From a virus (taxonomy: Duplodnaviria > Caudoviricetes): a stretch of DNA of 50,983 nucleotides. The stretch is taken from positions 1-50,983 of IMG/VR virus record IMGVR_UViG_3300034411_000277; one strand, 5' to 3'. The notes below the pieces were generated by a model that made no database searches, was not told the origin of the DNA, and saw only the letters and a list, made by a program, of their open reading frames with translations. A program made the translations under genes and the position numbers. Of the stretch, positions 18,818 through 30,600 are shown piece by piece. Each line of letters starts with the position of its first letter. The first letter of the stretch is position 1.

Positions 18818-21800
18818 TTAGGCTAATGCAATGGCTCTAATGTCTCTTAGGAATGGTGCTCTTGCTTCGTTTGATCCACTGAACTCAACTTTGAGTTGGA
18901 ATCCAGAGAACTCGGGAAGATCCTGTACTTCGTAGAGGTATTCTAGAACTTCTAGGTTACCGCTTGCTCTCACTTGAGCATTTGGTAGACCGTTATTCTT
19001 AGAAGGATCTACGACAGTATCTCCAATACCATCACCATCAACGTCGATCATATTCGTATAACCAGGGAATAGTTCCCAAGTTGGCTCTGTACTTCCGGGT
19101 GCATTGGTAGTATAGAGGCGATATAGAACTCTGATGTCTGCGCTAGCGTCTCTGTAAGCGCTGAGGATCGTCTTCAATGACGTGGAAGGCTTACTTAGTG
19201 AGATTAGCTGGGAGATGTAGCAGGAGGAGTGTGGGTCGCCTACAACAGCATTTACACGAGGATCATCTGCATAGTTGCTGACTGGCTTGTTTAGAGCAGA
19301 TCTAGCGATAATCAAGTTAGCCTGATTCATATCAAACACGGGGCTTAGGTTCGCATCGGATGATGAGAACGTCATTGCGATCGTGAATGACTTGAATTGT
19401 GGTAGATCTTGTAGGAAGTTTCTCTCGTTGATAATGGAACATAGTAGACGTGGTGTGTCGAATACGTTCATTTCATTGATTGTGATCGGAGTGAAGCCCT
19501 GATCTAGGAATGAAGCCTCATTACCACCTGCACTGGTACCAGATACAGTTCTTACAGTTGCATTGATTGAAGTTGTACTACCAGGAGTCAACGTAGCAAT
19601 CGAAGGGAACATCCTATTGAACTGGAAGTTCTGTGAGCATTGTGCGGAGTCAGAACCAACCTGTGCTTCAGTATTGAAGGTTAGTAAGTTGTTTACATTG
19701 TCTCTACCTGCGCGGTCAAAGCGTAATGGTAGCGTGTTGATATCACGCGCAGCCTTGAGTGCTGTAGTTGATGCGTCGTTTACTAGGTGAGTTGTGTTGA
19801 TTCTACGTAGTGATACGCCACTGATCTCATAAGGGAATACTCTTGTTCCTTGATCGTGGATAGAAACTGATGTTCCGTCAATACCACGTGATGTGATGCC
19901 TAAAGTACCATTACCGTTATCGGTGTACTCGATGATCTCACCGCCAATATAGGCATAGCCTCTGTTTGTTGTGATCCCTTCAAAGGTTTCAAATACGGAT
20001 GGATCAGTGATAGTTAGACTGTTTGACTCAATACCAACGTCTTCAAGAATGGTTGTTCCTGCTGTATCAGGTAGAACACCGATGATTGTTAGTAAGTTTG
20101 AGTCGGAATGCATACCGTGAACTGGGATGTTCATCTCAAATACATTACCGTCAAACAATTCATCAAATACAATAGATGTACCACGTACACCAACACCAAC
20201 GTCCTCTAAATCATCCGTCTGTGGATTTAGTAGTTTGATGTCGTCATTGACTGTGAATGACTCCCAACCAGTTACGTTAGTAACATATAAGGTATCGGTC
20301 TGACCAATAACTTCTACTGTTAGTAGTGCATCACCACCAGCACCGTCAACCTGTGCGGTTGTTAGACCAACGGTATCACCGACCTTATAGCCAGTTCCCT
20401 GTGTGGTTACAAGTACTGAGTCAACTACACCGCCAGCAATAGTGACGTCAACAACTGCACCTTCACCCAAGCTATCAATTGGATAAACTTCAACGGATGA
20501 ATAGCTACCATCAACGAAACCAACACCAGGATCAGTGATTTCTAGTAGACCACAAGGACCACCGAGACTTTCTAGGTCACTTCTAACCTTGATTGTGTCT
20601 GGTTGTGCGGCAATAGTGGAACAAACAATATCACCAGGCTGGAAATCATATGAGGTTGAGAATACAGGTACGCTCAACTTTCTTGGTAATGTCTTCACTG
20701 GGTTGGATCCCAAACGAGTCTGGTTACCGATTGGTGGGTTTGTTAGGAATACAGTTGCTTCCTGTGTAGTGAATTCAGCCTTATATAGAGTGAACTTCAA
20801 GTCTTCAAACTGTGAAGGTGTCCAGATTGAACCGTTCTGTGACTTGAATAGTGAACCATTTAGGTACTGCTGTGAAATAATAGCTGTACCGCCTGCCTCA
20901 TCAGCATCACCAGAGATGTTCTCTTCACCCATACGTGCAATCCAAGCTGTGTAGTCGTCTGTGGTAGGAGCAACTAGAACAATAGCATATGTGATGCCTG
21001 CTTGTAGATAGATTGGTGAAGGGAATACAACGTTAGTTGGGATTGAACCATCTTCAGAAACATTGACCTGTTCAGGGGATAGAACAACTTCAGCGTAGTC
21101 TTGTAGGATGAAGTTGGTTGGTGTTCCTAGCTCAGTGGGTCTGATTTGTACGGTTAGGTTATCACTCGTAGCCCTAGTCGCCATATAGATATCGACTGAG
21201 GTCAAGAACGCACCAGTCTCATCAACACGGAAGGTTTGTGCTAGTGGGTCATCGTCTCTAACTCGGACCCTCTGTCTGATAGTTCTAGTTCTATCAATGG
21301 TCTGTCTGATAGTTCTGGTTCTATCGATAGTACGGTTGATAGTAACAGTACGGTCAATAACGTTAGTGAAGTTATTTGTAACCGTGTTATCAATAATAAC
21401 TGGAGGTGGTGGGGGTGGAAGGTCGCGAATAGTTACGCTTTCTGTTCTTCTGTTCTGTACGGTACCTGATGACTCAAATACAGTTTCTGCGAATGAGATG
21501 TTAGTACCACCCAAGATTGGGGTACCATCAGTTGGGCTAGAAGATAGACGGAAAGTTCTGATACCAGTTCTCAAACGGAAAGCGGGAGCTGGTGTGGTGT
21601 AAGGATCACGGAAGAAATATGAGCCAAATAGCTCACCAAAACTATCAGTAACTAGACGTAGATTCTCAACGTCTGCTACAGCACCGCTAGAAGCGCCTAC
21701 AAGGCGTACTCCATTACCAAGTAATCCAAAGTACCTATCATCGCTAATGTCCGCTAGGGAGTCAATATCTAGGTTTAGAGTGGTTGATGAAGTTGAGTAC

Positions 21801-24800
21801 TGGTTGGGGATTGTGATCTCTCTGTTGTATGGATTGAGAGTAAATGACCTGATTGGATCACGGAAGTTACCAGTCTTATGACGTGGGTTAGCAATACGTG
21901 CTGCAAAGATCTGTGAATTACCATTGAAACCACGTACAGTCTCTCCAACCTGGAAAGTACCGGAACGCATTATGATCTCAACTAGCTTAGGAACAATATC
22001 GATACCACCTGATCCCTCAAAGAATGGGTAGAAACGAGTTAGTGGACGTAAGTTAGAAGCAGAGAAAGCAACATTACGCTCTCGCATAAACTGTGCTACT
22101 TCAATACTCTCAACGAATGTTCTGTTGAAGCTACCAGTTGTAGTACCAAAGACGTCAATACGACGGCTACCAATCTGACGTGTAACAACAAAGTCATCAG
22201 AACGGGGGTTTAGTGCAATTCTACCTGTGTATAGAATGACGTTGAATGGGTTTACATTCTCAATTCTAGAGCATAGGGGCTGATTGATCCACTGAATCTC
22301 ATCATAGTTGAGAGTAACTAGATCACCAGTCTTGGTGGTATTTGGATCAACTAGGGCAAGGTCGCCACTTAGGTTGATATCTGTCTCATCAGTCCCCTCT
22401 TCCAACTTCAAACGAATGGGCAATGTAGCGAACTCACTGAACGCAACTAGGGCACCAACTTCAGTATTGACGTCAATCTGGGTGTCTTCATTTTCGAAAT
22501 CAACGAATGAAGATGATGAGAAGTCATCAGCAAAGAAACCAGTCTTGAATCTGTCGTTGCCTTGACCATCCAATACTTGGAGTGATTCAGTCTCACGCTC
22601 AAGTAGTGATAGTGAGGTGATCTCTTCTAGATTCTCAATACGAGTTTCTAGACCACCAATATCCTTCATCGTATAACGCTTGTTATCGATTAGAGTGATC
22701 TTTGCATCGTCAACGGAGTACAAGTAAGGTGGATAGTGGATACGAGCCAATTCCATAGCACCTTCAGCCTCAATAGGCAATGCTGGGAACTTAGCAGGAG
22801 CACCAAGGACTAGCTTATAGTTACCTTCCTTGTCTAGGACGACTCTATCCTGTCTTGCTAGGTAGAAGTCATAACCCAATATCATACTCTCACTTGGAGC
22901 GGTTACTAACAATGCAGTAGAACCAACAGTACCAAATGCACGGCTTCTGTAATCAAATGGAGATGAAGTGGTACCCGTGAAAGGAGCAACGCGTGGTCTG
23001 AAATCTAATGTATCAGCAGCACGGATGGTGCCCTGACGCAACATAGGCATACCATCACCAAAGCTCTGCTCATCGTAGGAGTTAGCTGTGTAGAAGTCGC
23101 CAGTATCGTTAGCAGGTACAGCAAAGCGATCAAAGATGACTAGTAGCTGTCTGCTAGGAGCTGCCTTACCTTTCTTACGTACTAGACGTGAGTAATCATA
23201 GAACTGCTCTCTCTGACCCTTGTCTAGGGTGAATGTGGAGGTCTGATCAATGTAGTTACCAGCAATAATCTGCTGTAAGTTAGTCTGAATGCTTGACTCA
23301 TCAAATACAACACGCTCACCAATTTCAAAACGAGCTTGACTGAGGTATACAATTCTAACAGTTGCTTCGGTAGGAGCACTAACTAGCTTAGCAATAGCAC
23401 CAGAAATGGTACCACGGACAAGCTCACCAACTACTGTTGTTGTGTCTAGTTTTAGACCATTGACGAAACCTAGTGTGTCTAATGTTGGAGCACCACTACC
23501 AGTGGACTCATAGACAGCAAATACTTCCTTAGCATCAGGAACGTTTAGTGAGATCTCTTCGTCATCAACACGGAGACCATAGTAATCACTCCTTTCTAGG
23601 ATGTTTTGTGCAGTACCAATACCAGTAGAAATCTTATCTACGATAAACTCAGTACTTCTAACAACAACCTTAGTCTTGGACTTAATCTCGTTCTTGATAG
23701 CAGTACAGTTTACAGTTACATTTCCCTGACTAGGTCTGATACCACGGAAGGTTACTGAAGTAGATAGGACGTTGACTTGGTTAGCTGATAATGACTCAAC
23801 TGTACCGTCAGTGTAGTGAATACTGTATCTTTCCTGGTCAAATGCTAGGAATGCTGCACTATCAACACCCAAATCGGATGTGTTGATCGTCAAGTTACCA
23901 GTAGCACTAGAACCTAGGTTATTGATCTGCTTGGTAAAGGTCAAGCTTGAATTGGATAGGTCAACCTTAGCAATATTACTCTCTTCCATCTGAGCGTAGA
24001 GGAAGGACTTATCCTGATTCAATACGCGAGCATCGGAAGTAGCAACAGTAGCCTGAACATCAGCAGCAGGCAAAGTACCATCACAAACATCAACCACATC
24101 AGCAACTGCCTCAACAGTCATTGATAGGTCGTTAGCAGCAATAGCTGTTACACGGTTGATTGTGGGTACGGAGAAACCTTCCTTCTGATAGATGATTAGA
24201 TCACCAATGGTATAACCATCAAAGATCCTACCGGGGCAGGTTACAGAACCACCAGAAGTGATTGTATGGGTGTCTTGATTGCTAAAGTTTGTTTGGCTTC
24301 TTAGATATAGTCTAGTATCAGCAGAGAAGTCAATAGCCAAACCATCATTAGATGATTCCTGATATACACTCTTTACATCCTGTGCCTTGTGGATTACTAG
24401 CTCAGAAATAGTAAATGCGTTTTCTGTTGTACCATTTACGACTAGTGATTCACCACGAGCGAAGTCGCCACTGACCTGAGTTAGCTCAACTGAAGTACCA
24501 GATACACTCTTTACATATGCAGTAGCACCACTACTATTACCTTTCACTCTGTAACCAACCAAGATCTTACCATCGGCTGATGTGTTTACAGTTAGTGAAG
24601 TGAAAATCTGTAGATCAAATAGGTATAATGTCCAAGGGGTAAGGTTATTTTCATATGGAGCATCCTCTAACGCAAAGCTGAATACGCGAGCTTCGCCGAT
24701 GACGCTACCAGTTCCTTCACCGAAAGCATCCTTTCTACCATCATACAATTGTACTAGGTTGTTATTGTTGTTTAGACCAATAACAGGAGTACCAAGAACG

Positions 24801-25999
24801 TTATTTACAATGAAAAGGCTTCCCATTTCAAATGGGATAGCAGCAGATGCTACGTTTTCAGTGCTTCTAGGCTTAGGAGCATCTAGGTTCTGTGTTCCTG
24901 GGTTTTTTACATCGTAACCACGAACATATGCAGTACCAGAGGATACCTTGACGATAGCTAGATCATCGGAAGGATCGGAACCTTCTGACGTCTTCTGGTC
25001 GAGAGTGTAGACACCACCATTACCAATACCATCATTTAGTGACTCGTCTACGGTCACTCCCATACCATTGACTACATAGTCACCAGACTCATCAAAAGTC
25101 CTCTGTGCAATGTAGTCCTTGATGAGGTTATAATCACTACCTTCGGCAAGCTTCTTGACTTCGCCCTGCTCAACACGTAGTAATTCAACGAAATTATTAT
25201 CGTTGAAGTCGTTTAGTGGCTTCTTAGTTAGAGTCGCTTCAATTCTTAGGCGATCTGCACCAGGAGCTGAGAAGTTATTGAATCCTTTTGCGTTGTCGTA
25301 GAGGCTATTGTCCTGACCAGCAGTGATAATAGACTCGGAGATTTGTAAACCAACGCGGTATGAAGGATTGTTGGTGTAAGGCTCTAGGATGACGGTGCTA
25401 TCAGCAACACGTACAAAAGTGCCTCTTAGGAAGTAAACACCATCAGAGATGTTTGCAGCAGAACCAATAGTAACAGCATCAACGTTTACAGTGGTAGCGA
25501 AGATGCTTCCTGCTGTAATTGTTGTGTTTCCGTACGTTACTGGCTCTAAATTGATTAGTGCTTCATTAGTTAGATACTGTGTGGTCTCTTCATCGGTACC
25601 ACTATCAGAATATGAAATGAAGATTGTTGGGCTGACGATTCCCTCATCAGGGGGTAGTAAGTAGTTTACAACCTTTGCAGTGATACCACTTACTTCACCA
25701 CGGATAGTTTTGCCTACTAATTTATCTAGATACAAAGAAATATCAATACCATTCTGCTGTGGCTCCAGAATGACTGCACTGTAATTTGGATTATAGATGA
25801 TACTTCCAGGTATCACCATAGATCCTTCCTTGAAGAAATGCTCTCCAAAAGAACTAATCTGATTTTGAAGAATTGACTGTAAGGTCGTTAGTTCACGAGC
25901 TTGCACAGGAAAACCTGGCTTGAATAGGACTTTATAATAGTCCTTATCAGCATCAAAGTCGTCAAAGTACGGACTTGTATCTAGATTGATCTGAGACAT
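18818..25999 (-). CDS. Large virion structural protein, VrlC/DUF4815-like
   Basis: SPYFDDFD..KDYYKVLFKPG.PVQARELTTLQ, APGADRL, RTFDESGDY, NKRYTM.DIG.LE.RI.NLE, DPLAQTF, DIRAIALA. Confidence 0.9.
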   Translation of the reverse strand: MSQINLDTSPYFDDFDADKDYYKVLFKPGFPVQARELTTLQSILQNQISSFGEHFFKEGSMVIPGSIIYNPNYSAVILEPQQNGIDISLYLDKLVGKTIRGEVSGITAKVVNYLLPPDEGIVSPTIFISYSDSGTDEETTQYLTNEALINLEPVTYGNTTITAGSIFATTVNVDAVTIGSAANISDGVYFLRGTFVRVADSTVILEPYTNNPSYRVGLQISESIITAGQDNSLYDNAKGFNNFSAPGADRLRIEATLTKKPLNDFNDNNFVELLRVEQGEVKKLAEGSDYNLIKDYIAQRTFDESGDYVVNGMGVTVDESLNDGIGNGGVYTLDQKTSEGSDPSDDLAIVKVSSGTAYVRGYDVKNPGTQNLDAPKPRSTENVASAAIPFEMGSLFIVNNVLGTPVIGLNNNNNLVQLYDGRKDAFGEGTGSVIGEARVFSFALEDAPYENNLTPWTLYLFDLQIFTSLTVNTSADGKILVGYRVKGNSSGATAYVKSVSGTSVELTQVSGDFARGESLVVNGTTENAFTISELVIHKAQDVKSVYQESSNDGLAIDFSADTRLYLRSQTNFSNQDTHTITSGGSVTCPGRIFDGYTIGDLIIYQKEGFSVPTINRVTAIAANDLSMTVEAVADVVDVCDGTLPAADVQATVATSDARVLNQDKSFLYAQMEESNIAKVDLSNSSLTFTKQINNLGSSATGNLTINTSDLGVDSAAFLAFDQERYSIHYTDGTVESLSANQVNVLSTSVTFRGIRPSQGNVTVNCTAIKNEIKSKTKVVVRSTEFIVDKISTGIGTAQNILERSDYYGLRVDDEEISLNVPDAKEVFAVYESTGSGAPTLDTLGFVNGLKLDTTTVVGELVRGTISGAIAKLVSAPTEATVRIVYLSQARFEIGERVVFDESSIQTNLQQIIAGNYIDQTSTFTLDKGQREQFYDYSRLVRKKGKAAPSRQLLVIFDRFAVPANDTGDFYTANSYDEQSFGDGMPMLRQGTIRAADTLDFRPRVAPFTGTTSSPFDYRSRAFGTVGSTALLVTAPSESMILGYDFYLARQDRVVLDKEGNYKLVLGAPAKFPALPIEAEGAMELARIHYPPYLYSVDDAKITLIDNKRYTMKDIGGLETRIENLEEITSLSLLERETESLQVLDGQGNDRFKTGFFADDFSSSSFVDFENEDTQIDVNTEVGALVAFSEFATLPIRLKLEEGTDETDINLSGDLALVDPNTTKTGDLVTLNYDEIQWINQPLCSRIENVNPFNVILYTGRIALNPRSDDFVVTRQIGSRRIDVFGTTTGSFNRTFVESIEVAQFMRERNVAFSASNLRPLTRFYPFFEGSGGIDIVPKLVEIIMRSGTFQVGETVRGFNGNSQIFAARIANPRHKTGNFRDPIRSFTLNPYNREITIPNQYSTSSTTLNLDIDSLADISDDRYFGLLGNGVRLVGASSGAVADVENLRLVTDSFGELFGSYFFRDPYTTPAPAFRLRTGIRTFRLSSSPTDGTPILGGTNISFAETVFESSGTVQNRRTESVTIRDLPPPPPPVIIDNTVTNNFTNVIDRTVTINRTIDRTRTIRQTIDRTRTIRQRVRVRDDDPLAQTFRVDETGAFLTSVDIYMATRATSDNLTVQIRPTELGTPTNFILQDYAEVVLSPEQVNVSEDGSIPTNVVFPSPIYLQAGITYAIVLVAPTTDDYTAWIARMGEENISGDADEAGGTAIISQQYLNGSLFKSQNGSIWTPSQFEDLKFTLYKAEFTTQEATVFLTNPPIGNQTRLGSNPVKTLPRKLSVPVFSTSYDFQPGDIVCSTIAAQPDTIKVRSDLESLGGPCGLLEITDPGVGFVDGSYSSVEVYPIDSLGEGAVVDVTIAGGVVDSVLVTTQGTGYKVGDTVGLTTAQVDGAGGDALLTVEVIGQTDTLYVTNVTGWESFTVNDDIKLLNPQTDDLEDVGVGVRGTSIVFDELFDGNVFEMNIPVHGMHSDSNLLTIIGVLPDTAGTTILEDVGIESNSLTITDPSVFETFEGITTNRGYAYIGGEIIEYTDNGNGTLGITSRGIDGTSVSIHDQGTRVFPYEISGVSLRRINTTHLVNDASTTALKAARDINTLPLRFDRAGRDNVNNLLTFNTEAQVGSDSAQCSQNFQFNRMFPSIATLTPGSTTSINATVRTVSGTSAGGNEASFLDQGFTPITINEMNVFDTPRLLCSIINERNFLQDLPQFKSFTIAMTFSSSDANLSPVFDMNQANLIIARSALNKPVSNYADDPRVNAVVGDPHSSCYISQLISLSKPSTSLKTILSAYRDASADIRVLYRLYTTNAPGSTEPTWELFPGYTNMIDVDGDGIGDTVVDPSKNNGLPNAQVRASGNLEVLEYLYEVQDLPEFSGFQLKVEFSGSNEARAPFLRDIRAIALA
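21271..21330. repeat. 30-bp tandem duplication inside the VrlC-like gene
   Basis: tctgtctgatagttct(a/g)gttctatc(a/g)at(g/a)g twice; encodes TIDRTRTIRQ twice. Confidence 0.9.
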
Positions 26000-26002
26000 T
26001 GT

Positions 26003-27547
26003 TTAGAATTCCAAAATGATCTTAACGTCTTCTTTTTGGCGTGGGTTCCTAGGCACCAAAGGACGGTTGTCGAGATAGAGAATCTCCCCGCTTTGTTTAT
26101 TTATCTCACTATCAGCGAGACCATTTGTGAACTCAACACCCAATTCAACTGCCTTATTAGCAATTGTAATGGTTGAACCATTGAAGGTTGTATCAATAGA
26201 TCCTAGGAAACCAGAGGTGGATGTAATAGGACTTCCACTAGACTCAAATTGGATCTTTTGACCTGATGTACTAATACCAGCATAGTCCTGGTTATCGTCT
26301 GTAACTGGGTTGAAGTATAGTGAACGGTCTTGGATATACTTGAGAACCTGTGTTTCTTCATCATAAGAAACAACATAGCCCTTAGCCTGACCTTCGACTG
26401 TGGATTGAACGATTACTTCGCCAATCTCAACACCACCACTATTAGATAGAATCTTGATTGAGTTTGCAGATGTGAATGTGTTCTCAGTGAAAACAGTATC
26501 AGAACCACTAATTGTTGGGTTTCTGATCAAACCAATCTGAGCAAACTGAGTGTCGATTGGGAAATCTTGTGTAGAATCGTCAAAACGAGCATACAATAGG
26601 ATCCTGTCTGTACCCAATTCTTCATAGATGTTATAACCGTGCCCTTTAGATGGGGGGATAATAACGTCTAACTTGGCGGCTTTTGATGCGTTAGCATTGA
26701 TAGGACCTAAGTCAACTAGCCCCCAACTATATCCTTTACCACCTTTAGCAACCACGGCATTAGTAATAGTACCGGAGTTGATATCAACAATTGCTTGACC
26801 ACCTTCACCGTCTCCGATGATAGTCATTGCCTGACCGACACCACCAGCATAGCCAGCGCCACCACGGTCAATGTAGATTTGCTTGATTTGGCTATCGTTG
26901 ACTTCTGAGTTACCACTCTCGCGGATAGAAGCGACCTGTGGGTCAGTTGACGTCAACCAGTTACTTGGTACAGTAATATACTCGGTTGAGTCAAACTTGA
27001 TAACGTCTGATGGAGATACTGTAAATAGGTACTTCCAAATGTATCCGTCTCCACTTGAACCGGCTGCGGATGGCTCAGTATCAACGAAAGTGGGTTCATC
27101 TTCTGAACCATTACCTTTGGGGTTAGCACCAGTAGAACCATTACTCAAACAGATATACACTCTGAAGTCACTGTTTACTACGTAGTAGTTTGAGTCATAG
27201 AGCCTAGTTGCTGACGTATTTGGAGATACGTTGAATACACTATAGTCGTCACGATATTGCTCGAAACGAGATCCTTTATTCCAGTCGATACGACGGATTA
27301 CGCGGCGAATGTTGGCGGGAGTAATCCTCCTACCATACATCATCCAGTCGTAACAACTACGAATGTAAGTAAAGTTGTCGATTGGCGCTGGTGGATCAGC
27401 ATTCCAATCGTCTGTTCTACCAAACGCGTTTCCAACGGGGTTTGGTAGTCCTACAAAGATGTAGTATGAGTTATCTGGGTCATTTACTGAGTCGATGAAG
27501 TTGTCAGCATTAAATAGCCTAAATTCATCAGTAATTAGAGCAGCCAT
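26003..27547 (-). CDS. gp8: Baseplate wedge subunit gp8
   Basis: MAALITDEFR, YYVVNSDFRVYICL.NG, DGYIWKYL, G.ILYLDNRP..R...QKEDVKIILEF. Confidence 0.93.
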   Translation of the reverse strand: MAALITDEFRLFNADNFIDSVNDPDNSYYIFVGLPNPVGNAFGRTDDWNADPPAPIDNFTYIRSCYDWMMYGRRITPANIRRVIRRIDWNKGSRFEQYRDDYSVFNVSPNTSATRLYDSNYYVVNSDFRVYICLSNGSTGANPKGNGSEDEPTFVDTEPSAAGSSGDGYIWKYLFTVSPSDVIKFDSTEYITVPSNWLTSTDPQVASIRESGNSEVNDSQIKQIYIDRGGAGYAGGVGQAMTIIGDGEGGQAIVDINSGTITNAVVAKGGKGYSWGLVDLGPINANASKAAKLDVIIPPSKGHGYNIYEELGTDRILLYARFDDSTQDFPIDTQFAQIGLIRNPTISGSDTVFTENTFTSANSIKILSNSGGVEIGEVIVQSTVEGQAKGYVVSYDEETQVLKYIQDRSLYFNPVTDDNQDYAGISTSGQKIQFESSGSPITSTSGFLGSIDTTFNGSTITIANKAVELGVEFTNGLADSEINKQSGEILYLDNRPLVPRNPRQKEDVKIILEF

Positions 27548-27560
27548 TGTATAAATTTCA

Positions 27561-27601
27561 GAGTGTGTATAAAATGTCCGTAATGGTATTTATACACACT
27601 C
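27561..27601 (-). promoter_or_regulatory. Late promoter TATAAATA (27587-27594) inside a perfect 13-bp inverted repeat upstream of g8
   Basis: GAGTGTGTATAAA (27561-27573) / TTTATACACACTC (27589-27601). Confidence 0.8.
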
Positions 27602-27609
27602 ACAAAACC

Positions 27610-30600
27610 TTATCCTCGCTTCGAGATTCCTCCCTCGTTTCTCAAGCCCTCAGCGGTCCTGATAATAGTTGGGTAGTTAGCCATATCGGGTGTGAATAGC
27701 TGGTTACCAACTGGGATATCGATTGAGGTCTCAATGTCGCGTGTGATGTTTGCGATTCTACCCCAACTGAAGTGACCTACGTTAGAACCAAGAATATCGA
27801 TCGCGGGATCTGATAGTGGTAACGTATCAACATCAAAGTAGCCAACTCGTGAGAACGGTACGTGATCCCAAATCTGATAGACAGAGTCAATAAATGATCT
27901 ACCTGAACCGACTTGGTTAGCCGCGCTATTGAAGATCGCGGTCACGCCTAAGCCTACGGATGTTCCTCCCACAACAACAAAGTATCCTGGTTGTAGTGCA
28001 TTGAGGTTTCCTTGATCAGAGTCAGTCTTGTAGAAGAATCTGATTCCGTTGCCGATAACCGGTGAGGATCCGTTTGTTCTTTGGATACCAGTGATAATAC
28101 CACTGAATCCTTCAACAATCTCAATACTCTCGATGTCCTCGTAGTCGCCTGTGTTAGTTAGTGAACTTCCCTCAGTTAGAGGTGGCTCAACAACAGTGAT
28201 GAGAGGTGGCTTCTCGGGTAGATATCCAGAACCACGGTTGAGGATAGCTGCGTTCAATACAGAACCTGCTGCGTTGAAGATAACAAGTAACTGACATCTT
28301 CTGGGATCATCAGGTGGTGCGGATACGCCTGGGGGTGGATCGATGTAAACAATAACACCGGCACCGCCTGGTGGATATCCTAAGCCTGGATCAATGATGT
28401 TGACGCTACTGATGAATCCGTCTGGATCAACTACAGCTTCAAGAGATGCTGTCTCAAATGAGCTTAGCTTCTTGTACATCCTGCCCGTAAGACCCCTTAG
28501 TACCACGTCACTTAGAACTTCGCTTTCGTATTCAAAGAGGAATGAGTTGTCTACGAAGATCTCAGTAGCTGCTTTATCAACAGATGCGATGATACTTGAG
28601 TTTGGACGAATGATAGGCTCTAGGCTATCTCTGGTCTTAGGTGCGACTTCACCATAGATGAAGATGTCTCTCTTCTGCTTATCCCACGCAACTTCACGTG
28701 GCTTGACTTCCTCAATATCATTATTACCGAAGTACAAGTTAGTTCTTACGGTATCAGATGAGGCGATCTCAGTAACGGTACGGATGTTCTGAGTCTTGGT
28801 GTCTTCTAGTGCGTCATTCTTCTTGATCTGTAGTTCATCACCTGGGCGGATTGATTCATCAACCTCAGTGACGATACGAGAGTCAACGTTACGCTTACCA
28901 CGGTAGAAGTAGATATCAATATCATCTTCTTTGAATGGTGCTCGTGCGAAGTCGAATGAAGTACCACCGTCGAATGTGTAGTTTAGACCTGGAACTTGTA
29001 GAACTGTGTTGACGAAGATTAGTAGAATAGAATCTAGGTCAATCGCGGATGATTCCTCGTCTGCGGGGTTCTGTTCAAAGGAGAACGGTTCGCCCTTATA
29101 GATTAGTGGGAATCTTGTTCTATCACCATCCTGTAGTCTCTTGACGCTATCGATGTAATCTAGTTCACCGAAGTTCCAAGCTGAGAAGTTATCCGTGAAT
29201 GTCTCAAGGATGGTTACTTGGAATGGCTCAATTGGAGCAGATAGACGCTTGTCCGTTACTAGTCCAACAACTTCAACAACGTCTCCTGGTAGGAATCCGA
29301 AACCTTGGTTGGATAGTTCAAAGTTACTTACTTCAAAGAACTCAGAGCGACCAATCGCGGTTGTCTTAGATGCCCCAACTTCACACGTGATGAATAGGTT
29401 GTTACCAGTTTCAGTACCGAATCCCGTAGATCTTCTGAACACACCCGTTACAGGTAGGTTCGCGTAGTTGGGATCAGGAGCCCAAATGTATGGGTTGGTG
29501 TAACCTGAACCAGGATCAAGGATCGTAAAGTTGGTTAGCTCACCACCAGGACCAGGGATCGCGATGATGGACGCGGCAGTTCCTACGTGACCCTTTTCTG
29601 TGATTCCAATAGAAACAACTGGGAAGTTGTAACCAGAACCAACATTGTTCATTGAGTACTGACCGATTGTTCCGCCATCTACGTAGGTGTGGTCAAATTC
29701 AGATCTACCAACCAATACGCGGAAGTGAGCTGCATCATCTAGGAAGACGAAGGGGAACGCTTCAGCTTTATCTGGGAAGAAGTCTGTATTTAGACCAACG
29801 CTCATTGTTCCACCGTCTACGTATGTGTGTACGATTCCTGGAACAGGACCCACATTCAACTCAACAGTGAAGCTATCTAGAACAGTTTGGATTGGGAACT
29901 CATAACCATTTGTTCCATCAGGGAAGTAACTTGTGGTGAAACCAACGGTTCCAATACCACCAGACACGTATGTGTGCTGGATACCAGGAGCGGCACCCGT
30001 GTTTACAACCAAGGTGGTTAGTGATGGAGTATCAAGGATCTCAAAACGATATCCGTTAGTTCCATCGGGGAAGAATGTTGTGGTGATACCACAGGTTCCG
30101 ATACCGCCGGTTACGTACTCTTGACCGAATGGTAATGTACCAACGCCAATTGTGATCGTGTTTTCGTCTGGTGTGGTTAGAACTGTGAATTCGTATCCGT
30201 CGTTACCTGAAGGGAAGATAGTTGATGTGATACCAACAAACATACTTCCACCGAACTCATACTCGTGCGCGAAGACGTTTCCACCAACGTTGATTTGTAG
30301 TTCTGTTGGTGAGATTACGTTAGTAACTTCAAACTCAGTACCTTCAACTTCTGGTCTTGGGAATACGTTTGATCCAGGTAGACCACCAGAATCGCAAGAG
30401 AATGTTAGATCTTCTAGTCTGATCTTATCACCGGAGAGTCTTCCGTGTGCTCCATCAACTTCTAAGGTGACTACACCTGATAGGTTCGCGTAGTTAGCAG
30501 TAACAATACCCAACTCAGTGAGTGATGTGTTGTTACAGGTGTAACCCAAACCAGTCAACTGAACGGTCTGACCCGTGGAAGTCTTGTGCTCTCCGTCAAA

